Shown piece after piece: positions 26,350-38,300 of a stretch of DNA of 61,000 nt; position 1 is the stretch's first letter, and the number at the start of each line of letters is the position of its first letter. Position numbers and translations under genes: made by a program. Source of the stretch: Lama guanicoe (taxonomy: Eukaryota); assembly GCA_013239625.1 (NCBI GenBank), contig MU053911.1, positions 122,697 to 183,696 of the forward strand, written 5' to 3'. A model generated the notes under the pieces. The model saw only the letters and a list, made by a program, of their open reading frames with translations, had not been told where the DNA came from and did not search any database.

Positions 26350-29300
26350 TCATACGTATATATACCTACATGCACATATATGCGTATACATATAAATAGC
26401 CATGTTTAGAAATCGAGAGTTCTCATGAGCATCTTCAATTCAGTCCACCCCCTCCGGTCGTGCTTTTCCTTTCCTTTCTTTTGTATGTATATGTCCTTTC
26501 TTCCACAGTGCACTGTGCTTGACTCTGAACAACAGCATCACATCTACGCATCTGATGTATCCTATAATGCTGCTAAGTTTGTTTCAGAGTTGCTCACCAC
26601 ATCGCCTTAGGAAAACCAACCTGCTAGAAAGATTTCATGACTCTGTCTGCATCTCGCGCTCTTGACTCAGCCAGGCTGTGCGCCAGATTTGTACTCTTGG
26701 GTTACTTGAATTAGTGCTTTGTTTGTCCCTTCAGAAGATTTGTTTGTTTATTTATTTTCAGTTTTGCTTCCCTTTTATTATTCTATTGATTTAATTTTAT
26801 TTTGGGGGGAATATGTACAACATTAACCTACTTCTCAAAGTATAATTATGCAAAAGGTATGTAGTTGCCCCCTCGGTATCCACAGGGGTTGGTTCCAGGA
26901 CCCTCCTGGGTACCAGTGTCCACAGATGCTCAGGTCCCTTGTGCAGAATGGTGTAGTGTTTGCACAGGACCTGTCCTCATCCTCCATATACTTTATTTTT
27001 TTCTCCCATGTACTTTAAATCATCTCTAGATGGTAATACCTAAGACAATGTAAATGCTATGCAAATAGTTATAAATACAATGGAAATGTTATGTTGCTGG
27101 CACATGGCAAATTAAGGTTTTCATTTTTGGAACTTTCTGAAATTTTTTTCTGGGTATTTGCAATCTGCAGTTGGTTGAATCTGCGGATGTGGAACCTGCA
27201 GATGCAGAGGTATTTCTCTAAGGTATTTCCTTAGAGAAATACCTCTGGCATTCCTTCCCTTCACAGTCCCCAGGCCTCCTGTACCACCCCCTTGAAGGGA
27301 ACTAAGTATATTGCTTTCTGACTTATCTTTCTTGTGTTTCATTTTGTAAAAGTAAATGTCTGTTTCTTTCCATTCCACCCCCCTCCTTTCCCATTTGTTC
27401 TTACTCAAAAGATAGCATACTGGGTGTCCTCTTTTTCATTTTTTTCACTGCACATTATGTCCTGGAAATGATAAAACAGCTTAAAACACAACCTCATTAA
27501 AACTGTTCTCACAATTTTCGTGCCAGATCTAGCATTATGGTAAATTAATTATAACTATAAAAATGAAACAAAATGCGGCTGTGTACTTGTTTTACATCTA
27601 GAGATTTCTCAGTAAGTCTGTTTTTCTGTTTAGTGGACTAAATGAGTCTCTTTATGCAGCTCAGGATGAGGAGTCAGATGGCAGCCTTCTGCCTGAGAAT
27701 GAATTACTGTCAAAACCTGACACAGCAATGTTGAGACAAAGAGGAAACAGACGCACTGGTAAGAATGATAATCATGGGTATCTTTAAATTATTTTAAGTT
27801 AAGTTTATCAAAAGATCTTTTTTTGCTTTGGATTTCTTTAAATAATGGGTAAAACAACTAAGATCAAGAAGGAAATAGAATAATTGAACAACACTGTAAA
27901 AAATGTTTGTTTGTGCATGTATTTTGTAGACAGTTTACACTTTGATGTTAATTATGAATACCCTAAGATAACTAAAGAACTGACATGGAAGCTTTGGTAC
28001 CTTTTGTTTGGTATTTGCGTGGTGAGTATAACAAGACTGTGTAGCAAGACTGCCTCCACACACACTCGTGAAAACTACTCACACCAGTTTCCCACTTGAC
28101 TATCATGGTCTGTTCAAGTAGATAGTTTGCTGCTGTAGCTTTGCAGTCCTTTTCCTGTAAAGTTGCACAAATTAGAAGACATTTTGCTGATTACTTGGCA
28201 TATCCAGAAGTTTCATAATAGATCTGTTTTTCTGTTTAGGATTTCTTATAACTAAGCCAAATGATACGCTGTCTGTTAAAGATCAATGGCCTGAGGACAT
28301 AATTTTAATGTTAAGAAGCCAACTTCAAATTAAGAATCTCAGAGCTGCCGGAAGTGACAGTTTTGATAGTAAGTAACTAACTTAAACTCTTGTAAAATTA
28401 TTTTCAACTAAATTCAGCAGAGCTTTGTTCCATGGTTCATGGATATGTCTCCCACTATTTTGCTCATTGGTGATTTATCTGTGTGCTCTATAATTCCTGA
28501 GTTAGCTGGGTTAAATTCCCTGCTAAGATTATGGATTTCTCTCTTTCTTCTTATGTTTGGTCAAGTTTTGCTTTATATCTTACCATACTTCATTATTGAC
28601 ATTTACATAAATTTAAAATTAATAGCTCTCCTAAAGGACAGATCTTTTTATCCCAGTGAAGGGATCTCCTTTATCATTTTTACAGTTTTTGTTTGTATTT
28701 TTTTACCTTAAAAAACTACCATGCTTGCTAGTAATGTGACCCTAACGTCTGGCTGGTTGTTTGCATGACACATTTTTTCTATCCTGTTGCTTTAACCTTT
28801 TTGTATCATTACGATTTTTCTGTGTCTCTAGTATATAGTATAGTATATAGTATGTAGTATAGCTTGTACTGTATATTTTTCAAATTCAGCCTGATTCTTT
28901 GTCTTTTAATTAGCACTCATAATCACACTTGGTCAAATTTTGATATTCTGAGATTTAAGTTGTACCATTTTCTTTGTGCTTTCTGCCTGATAAGTTTCTT
29001 TTAGTCTCGTTTCTGCTTTTTATTTTTAAATCGTTAACGTATTTTTTCTTAGACATATCTGGTAACCCTAGTTTAAACTTTATTATAAAGTGTGAACATG
29101 CCAAGAAAACTAGAGAATATCAACCGATATTAAATGATTAGTTAAAATTTTTTGATATGCCAGAGTATCTAAAAAATAACAAGACTGGTTCTGTTTGCAC
29201 AAGTGAAAACACATATACTCACGCATGTTTATAATTAAGTAGGTAGTGTCTTTTAGTAGTTTATTACCACAAAGTGTGCTTTGCTTGTATCATTGAGCAA

Positions 29301-32300
29301 TGTGAGAAAGTATTATTGGGTAATTAACGTGTGCTGCGTATGGTACTGATGCCACACATCTGGTTCTCTGCTTGGTGCATTTGGAAGTCTTCTTACAGCT
29401 CAGAGTGTGAGTAAAGTATCAGATGGAAGTATTTTGCCTAATACTTGGAGCTGCTAGAAAGAAAAGACTCAGTAGTAAATATGATCATTGTAAAAATTAC
29501 TAATTTATTTGTTAAATTAATTGATTTTAAATTAAGTAAAATTTGAATCATGAATGTATAGCCCAATACAGCCTTATGAACATCACTGTAAAGTTTTTAA
29601 AACTTATGTTATTTAAATTTTTTATTTCTTGGTATTCTTAAATTTGTTGTTTATTCTACCATTTACTGAGTGAAGCACATTGAATTCTGTTACTATGATT
29701 TTGGATTTATCTATTTCTCCTTGTAGTACTGGGCTCTTTATACTGCCTGTGTTATTAGCTGTATACAAATTTTTAAAAGTACATATTTCTGCTGAATTCA
29801 ATGTTATATTTATATTGAAGAGACCATCTTAATCTTTGGTAAGGTCCTTGATCTTAATTTCTACTTTGTCTGACATTGACAGAACTATAGAGGATTTATT
29901 TTGGTTAATATAGGCATAACATATCTTTTTTCATATATTTTCTTTCCACCTTTCTGTATTTTGTATTTTCTACACTTCTATATGTAAACTTTGGTGGTAT
30001 GTCTTACAAGCAGTTTTTAGTCAGATTGCTTATAAATCCAATATGAATTTCCTTGTTTCTAGAACATGTAATCTGTTTACAATTATTATAACTATTGATA
30101 TATTTGAATTTAAATATTTTGAAGTACTTTCTGTTTTTTCCCCACTAATCCGTTTTTCTTTTTAAAATATATGTTGAGTCATTATTTTTACTTATTCCAA
30201 TTTCTAAATCAGTTATGTTTTAAAATGTGGAAACTTAAAAAAACTCAGTATGCTTAGAAAAATGAAGTCTGTTTTCAGCTTTCTAAGTGTGTGTATGAAA
30301 CAGCAGTGCCTACTCCTGCTTTCAGTAAAAACACTCTCATGGTCAGTTACACTTCAGAGTCCGGACTTACTTTTTAATCATTTAAAAAATTGTGGTCATT
30401 TGCTTAAATTACTGTAAAAATGAAAGGAAACTTTGGTGCTTCTTAATAATTCAGAGGCTTCAGAATAAAACAGTTTAATGTTTTAGTGGATCACCAACTC
30501 CTGAAAAAATGGACATCAGGTGGTTTTTAACCTCAAAAATCCCATCTCAAATTAAGAATCGTGGAAGCTCAAAAACTGGTTTTGACAATTTCACTATGAT
30601 ATGTTTGCGTGTGGATCTCTTTGAGTGCGCTTTGAGTTTGTTGAGCTTCTTTATGTGAAGATTAGAGTTTTTCATAATTGGAGACGTTAATGATTATTAT
30701 TTCTTCACAAATTCTTTCTTTCTTTGCTGTTCCTCTGAGGTTCCCATTACACATATGTTGGTACTCTTGTTTCCGCCAGTCTCTGAGGCTCTGTGCATTT
30801 TTCTTCATTCCTCTTTCTTTCTGATCCTTCGACTGGACAGTCTCAGTTTACCTGTTGAGTTTCACTGATTTGTTGCCTCTTTAGCCCTGCCTTTGGTTCC
30901 CTCTTTGCATTTCAGTTATTGTTCTTTCTGCTCTAGAATTTCTTCTTGATTCTTTGAAAGATTTCTGTCATATTATTGATATTCTCTTATGGTGAGATAT
31001 AATTTTTATACTTTCCTTTAATTCTTTACACATGGTTTCTTTTAGTTATTTGAACATATTTATAAAAGCTGGTTAAAAATCTTTGTCTAGTAAGTTCAGT
31101 GTTTGGGCTTCCTCACTGAAAGTTTCTGTTGACTGCTTCTATTCTGTACCGTGTATTGGCTGCTTTGTTTCTTCTCATGCCTCATTTTTTAAATTGAAGA
31201 CTAGCCATTTTAAATATAATATGCAACTATGGAGATCAGGTTACTCCCCTTCCCCAGGGTTTGCTGTTATTATTTATTTTATTGCTTAGTGAGTTTATTG
31301 GACTAGTCTATAAATTCTGTGCAGCTATAGTTGTAAGCCTGTTGATTTACAAGGGAGCAGTGGACCTGGGAAGAGGAGAGTGGAATTAGGGGATAGTCAC
31401 ATGCTGGAAGGCTCACTGGTTTTACCCAGAATCAGCCATTTAAAAAAAATGCTTCTCAGATTACTGCAAGCCTTTATTTAAAACATGGAGTTCTGAAAGT
31501 GCTGACTTTGTTGGGTTTTGGCCAGTATTTTCTTTGCTTCCACGGAGGAGTAGGTTTCAGACTGTTTTTATTCTGCTAATGTATCAGTACTTTTGAGTGT
31601 TACCTTGGATGGTATGAATATTACCATTTTTGATTGTGGTTATCTTTTAAGAAGTTTTTCTTCAGAAATAATTTTAAATTTATAGAAAAGTTAAAATAAT
31701 TAATACAAAGAAAACCTATATGTCCTTCATCTAGATTATTAAAACTTTTTCCACTTGGTTTTTGTCTTTATCATTTGCTCTTTTATGTAGTATAATCTGT
31801 TACGTATGTGTACATGGCATGTTTTTTCTGAACTATTTGAAAGCAAGTTGCGTACATCATAGCCCTAATGCTTCAGCATGTATTTCCTAGGTTTAAGCTT
31901 ATTTTCTGTATAGCCACGATACAATTTTCAATTGCAGTAAACTTAAGATTAATATAATACTTTTTTAAACCTACCATTCATAATCCAACATTTGTCATTT
32001 TACCCAATATTATCCTTTATGACATTTTTTTCTTTCCAGTACAGAATCTAGTCTAGTGTCAGGTGTTGCATGTAGTTGTTATGTTTCTAGGCTTCTTCAA
32101 TCTAGAATATTTCCTTAGCTTTTCTTTGTCCTTTTTTGACATTAACATTTTTGAAGGATATTGACTAAAGAAAGGGTCCTCATTTTGGACTTGTCTGATG
32201 TAATTCTTAGGTCATCACATCCAGCGCTGCACTGTGTATATCCGTCGTTAATTTGTGATTTTAATAATGATCACCTGTCAACGTGCTTTCTGATTTCTCT

Positions 32301-35300
32301 ACCTTACTATTTTTTTCCTTACCTACTAATAAGTAATCTATCAAAGATACTTTAAGATCATGCAGATATCCTATTCCCTGTCAAAATTGCCTAGATTCAG
32401 GATGTGTCACAGTGCTTCCCTGAACTAATCTCTGCTTTGAAGCTTCCACAATGGTGGTTCCCCCACTCTGGCACCACCCCTGCGTTTAAGCAGTTGGCAC
32501 CTGGTCTGCCCTGCCCTCACCCGCACTTCTTTCTTCCTCCACTTACTGTTTTGCTGTTGATATGAAGCCATGGATTCTCGTTTTCTCAGCGGTTTTATAG
32601 CTCATACTTTTCTTCTTTTTTAGTTCTAGAATTATCCTAGCCTTGGCAAGAAGGAATTTGTTCAAGATAATTTCTGTGTCCTTATATGACCCCAGTGCTC
32701 CTAGTCACTGAGAAACGCCCTGCTATTTAGTATGACAAGACGTCCCTCGCCGACTTGCACGTTTCCTGTCTCATAGCTGACGTCAGCTGTTGTTCCTAGG
32801 AGCCTTGATGGTTTTAAATGGGAAATGTTGTTAGAAACAAAGATCTGATTGTGCCCATGGAGTGTCTTTGAGGTGTTCTGAGCACCCAGACTAGAAAATA
32901 CACACAAACACGTGCGAATATACTAACATACATGTACATATTCATACACACATAGACCTGCACACACACTCGTGCGTATGTGCATGTGTGTACACACAGC
33001 CATATTTAGAAGTGATGAATTCCTGCAGATGCTTCTGGTTGCGGTCCACCCCTCGGGCGTGTCCTTTCCTCCCTCTGTGCATGGCATCCTTTCTTTCATG
33101 GTGTAAACCCTAACTCTGTACAACACCCGCCTGTTTACTTACTTGCTCAGTCCTGTGTGGCCCTGGCGTTGCTTGTTAACTGATTAGCTCACAGCAGCAG
33201 AGAAGCAAAGCAGGTGGAAGAGTCCGTGATTTTCTCACTCTTCCCGGAGACGGAGATACGGCGCTGTGTTCATGAGGTGGTTGGATCAGGGCTTGCTTTC
33301 TTTTTTAGTTCATTTGGTTCAGTTCTTAAGTTGCTTTCATGTTTACTGCCCTCTTCACATCCTTGTTAGTATAATTGGGGGGGGGATATGCAGAATATTC
33401 ACCTACTTCTAAGAGACACAGAGAGAGCTAGAGCGCGCGCATCCTGTCCTGAACCCCTCCGCCTGCTTCCTCCGTTTGCCTTCTGTTGTGTGGGACTGCC
33501 GGTTTATTGTTTTCTGTTTCATTGTGTAATGTAAGTGCTTCTGTATTTTTCTCAGTTTTCCGCCTAACTTCCCCTCCTTTCTTACTTACCTCAAAGGTAT
33601 TACACTGGATACCTGCTTTTTCACTTTTATTTTTCACTTGACATTCTCTCTTGGAAATTCTTTCATGTCAGTTTGGGAGAACTTTTTTATTCACTTTATG
33701 GCTATGTGTACAGCTGTTTATGTCAGATTATGTACCATTATTTATACCACATCATAGACTATAGTATATATCTTGGGTTATTTAAAGAATAAGTGATGGA
33801 TATTTTAGGTGGTTTTGAATATTATGCAATTATAGATGATGGTATAATGAGTAACCTTGTGCATATGTGTTTTCATTATTTGGCCTATGATTATATAGTA
33901 ACAAAGTATAAATAACAAAACATGAGATTTACAGAAATGTATTCAAAACACTCATTAAAACTTCTCTTGATTTTCATGTCGTATCTAGCACTATGGTAAT
34001 TTATTTTTAACTTTATCAAAATGAAGGATAATTCTGCTGTACACTTGTATGAAGTTGGAGTCTAGGTATTTCATAGTAGATCTGTTTTTTGATTTAGTAG
34101 ATTCAATGCATTTCTTTATGTAGGTTATGATGAAGTGTCAGATGAAAAGGATTCAGTAGCAAAAACTCAAATGCCAGTAAAGAAACAAAGAACTCTCAAG
34201 AGTGAAAGACTCTCTAGTAGGTTTAGTGATCATCAATATTATCAGACACACGGTTTGCAAATGTCTCCCTCTATTCTGTAGGTTGTCTCTTTACTCTCCT
34301 GGTTGTTTCCTTGGCTGTGCAGAAGCTGTTTAGTATGATGCAATCATGTTCGTTTTGTTTCTGTTAGTTGTATTTTGGGGGTTGTTAAAAAAAAAGATCA
34401 TAAATAACTTCACATTATTTTAAATTAAACTCCTCGGAAGATCTTTTTTATTTGCTTCCTGGAGATGTATTTCAGCTTATACTTTGTGGAAATTTTACGT
34501 GTTGATTTGAAGTGTGAGTACCCTAAGATGACCAGAGAAGAGAAGTGAAATTATTGATACAGTTTAGTTGGAATTTCTGATCATAAGACTATTCCACGTT
34601 CAGTATCTGTTAAGGGCAATCCCTTAACAGGTGGATAGTTGACTCACAAAGGGTGTGTGTGCCTTTCAGCCAGCCCTGGGAGATTCCTGTTGCAAAAGGC
34701 CAACAGACCTCTGACCTGTGTTAGTGTCCTTTTGCAGTAGTTCCAGTGGGTGAAGAGATGTTCCTGAGCTCGGTAACCAGAAAGCAGCAGGGGTCAGAGA
34801 GGCCCAGGGAAGGCAGCGCAGGTGGCCTGTTGGAAGTCCTCTGGAGCGTCTTGCTGGTTGGGTTTCCACTCAGAGGGAACAACCCGTATGCTCACCCCGT
34901 CCACGTGAGCCGTCAGGTCCCTGCGGGAAGAACGCAAGTATGTTAGTAGTCAGAGTCCCACCAACCTTCAGGCTCTGTATAACTTGGGGAAGAGAGGGCC
35001 AAGAGATTTGCAGAGGTCTCCTCTGGAGTAAGATGTTACATTTGCTGTAGGTCACATGGCCTGGAGTTTCACTTGGACATGAGGCCCTTGCCTGTATTAA
35101 TGGCCCAGCCGCGTTGTCCCATGTGGATGAGCAGGAGTGCAGCCCTGTGGGATGGCGCCTTCGTCTGGGCCCCGCAGAGGGATGCTGTCAGTGTAGTGGA
35201 AGGCTGGGAGTCCCTCTGAGCGGGCTTTGTCCACGTCCTGCCCGACTGGCTGAAGACACGCAGATGGGGAACTTAGGGAGCCCTGGGGAAGGACGTTAGT

Positions 35301-38300
35301 GGCATATTTCAGTTACCCCTACATTAGGGTTCACTGATCCTGTCATGTGCATGAAGAGGGCTGCTGTGTGCTGGGTCTCCTCCTCTTGGGCGACAGCGTC
35401 CACAGCAGGCACAGCGTTCGTGCCTCCTTGGTACTGGCACTTTGTGCAGCCTTAATCAGCCCCCAGACCGTCGTGCGTAAGCCACGCGGGGCTGCTGAGT
35501 GGAGAAATCGTCCATGGAATGTGCTGGCTTCTGTAAGCTCAGCAACAAGGACACGTTTGTTGTTTACACCCAGGTAGTCAGTGTTGCTTTTGGAATCTGG
35601 TCATTGGGTGGCTAAAGATTCTCCACCTGTTAACATATCCTAACTTCAGCAAATCCCATCAGAATTTAGAGTGAGTGAGAGTGCTGGGTCACATAAATGA
35701 CACATCTCTGCCAACAGTGCACTCAGTAGTAGAGGCGGTAACAACGGCATGGACCAGAGTCTGGCCGGAGAAGGTTTCTGTCGGTGCTGGTGGCCCCAGA
35801 TCAGACAGCGTGGTCTGTTTTCCCCTCATCCTGTTGTGAGGCTGGCAGGGACTATGGTTACTAGTGTACAGGTGTCCAGAAGGCCCCAGAAGTACGATTA
35901 CCCTCCACCTGCATTGTGAGCTTCGTCCGTGGAACAGGCCCTCGTGTCTTCACTGGGGACGTAGGTGCCTCGGTGTAACCCCATGCTGTTTGTTTGGATC
36001 GGCAGCTGCAGTCGGGATGAGTGTGTGTGGCGGCCTCTGATGCATCTCGGGGTTGACTGAGGGGGAGCAGCACCTGCTGTATACACGGCGGCCACCACAG
36101 AGCGGGCCCTAGTGGGGCTACGCGTGGGGTCCTCACAGCCCGTAATCTGACCAGTGCTCTGCCTTGGCGGGGAGCATTACTTTACTCCTCCGGGGACCCT
36201 AAGTTATGGCAATTGCCCATGTCATCCAGGAGAGGGAGCATTATCACCATTTTTACGTCACTTTTCCTTTCTGGGCAGCAGCCAATTTTTGTGTGCCTGA
36301 AACTTTGCCTGACTAAGATCTGACTGTGTGACAACTGATGGCCACAGCTTATGGGGAGACTTGATTGAGCTTGGTGACCAGCGAGAGTCACAGAAGCGAA
36401 CCTAGTAATCTGGGTCTGGTGCGACCCACTCTTTGGGGTTCTCTCTGGGTCAGCGGAAGAAGTGGTTCCAGAGCCCTTTTACGATCTTTCTCACTGAAAG
36501 AAGGAGTCTCACTGTCGGGCCTCACAACTAACAGGGGTCGGAGAGTGTGACTGAGCTTGCAGGGTCTCTGATGACATCTGGTCCACCTGGAGAACCGTAG
36601 CCATTAACCTGGGAACTGCTGCCCTCACTTTCTCAGCCCTGAGGTCAGAGGGACATCAGGGGAAGTTGACCAGAGCTTGGAGGCTAAAGTGAAGGACCAG
36701 CGTTCCCCTCAAATGGACAGTCGTATTTAACAGTTCTCGAGAACCTTCTGGGGTGCTCTGTGGCCTCACCAGTGCTCCCCGAGATGCACTGGCATGACTG
36801 GCAGAGGGTCCCATTGGAGCCTCACCCTCTGCAGTGATGCTTTTGCCCAGCCCCAGTGACCCACCTGTTCCCCGGCACCTCCTGCCCCAGAATGAACCAC
36901 CTGTTCCCGGACACCTCCTGCCCCAGTGACCCACGTGTTCCCCGGCACCTCCTGCCCCAGGGTGACCCACCTGTTCCCCGGCACCTCCTGCCCCAGTGAC
37001 CCACCTATTCCCCGACACCTCCTGCCCCAGGGTGACCCACCTGTTCTCTGACACGTACAAGTGCTGTGTAGGGTCTACAGGGATTTTACTTTTTTGGAAA
37101 AGCATTTTGTTCCATTGATCAGTTTGTTCACTGTGCCAGAGAGAGAGCTGCCAGTTGCCAAGCTGGCCAATTAAGATAACAAACCAAACAAAGTAAAAGT
37201 AAGCATTCATTCACTTAGCCTGATAGTATAAGCAGGAATCTAAACAGAAAATGGCTGAAGCTCTACCAGTCTGCATTTTCCAGCACTGGGCAAGGGTCAG
37301 GTGTGTCATCAGAGACAGGAGAGGGTGGGGCAGCATTTCCCTGGCCCACACAAAAGGCTCCTGCTGTTTGAAAGAGTCCTGGGCCCTGGGCCCTGAAGGT
37401 TGACAAGGCAGAGTTAAGAGTGGATGGGTACTTTACCCTGAGTCAGACTGCGAAAAGTGTCTTCCAGGTGCACCTATTAAGGTGGTCTAGGCAGAGGCAT
37501 CTGAGCAGTGCAGTGTCTCAGGAGGCCTCCGAGTGGAGGTGCCTGGGCTGGAACGCAGGTGTGTGTGGGACCCCGGTCAGCTGGAGTGGGGCTTGGGGTC
37601 GGCAGCGGTACACGCAGGACTGCGCGTCACGTCAGCGTGGGCTGGAGGCTTCCGCTATGCGGACTCCATTCATTCTGTGACTGCCTGTGAGGCTGAGAGG
37701 TCACACACAGGATGTGCACACACACATCCATCCATACGTATACCTGCAAACACAGACACACTTAGGAATCTGCGCTCTTCCTGGCCCCTCAGCTCCAGCT
37801 GGCCCCTCAGGGCTCGTTCCTGCCTCCCTCCACCCTCTGTGTGTGTCCTTGCACAGTGGCTTCCAGCAGCGTCAGCACGTTTAAACGCTCACTCCTTCCT
37901 GTAACACTTCTAAAATTGCTCACAACAGCCTAGCTGACGCCACTAGGAAAACGCCCACTGACATTTTTGTGGATGTTTTTTACGTCCCACTCTCTTGCTC
38001 AAGACTGAGAGTGTGTCGAGTCCTGTTGGTAAGGTGCTTGGCTTTGTGCTTCTCTTTTCCTTCAGCAGGTTCGTTACGTTTGCTTTCAGTTTTAGTCTTC
38101 ATTTTTATATTTTTTAATTAAATTTAATTTTCTAGTGTGTGTGGCTACTTTTAACTCTTTTCCTAGGAGTCTCTCTCCTGCTTCTTCTCAGGAACTGTGT
38201 TGGTGGTTTCTGCTACGTTCCTCAGCCTGTGAGCTCCTGCTCCTCCATCATTTGCACAGCTTCATACTTCCCGCAGCTCTAATGTGTCATGGCACTTGCC

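Noticed and set aside
36656..37210. 184-aa minus ORF with Gly-rich repeats
   Set aside because: Produced by the 34/36-bp minisatellite; no splice or homology support
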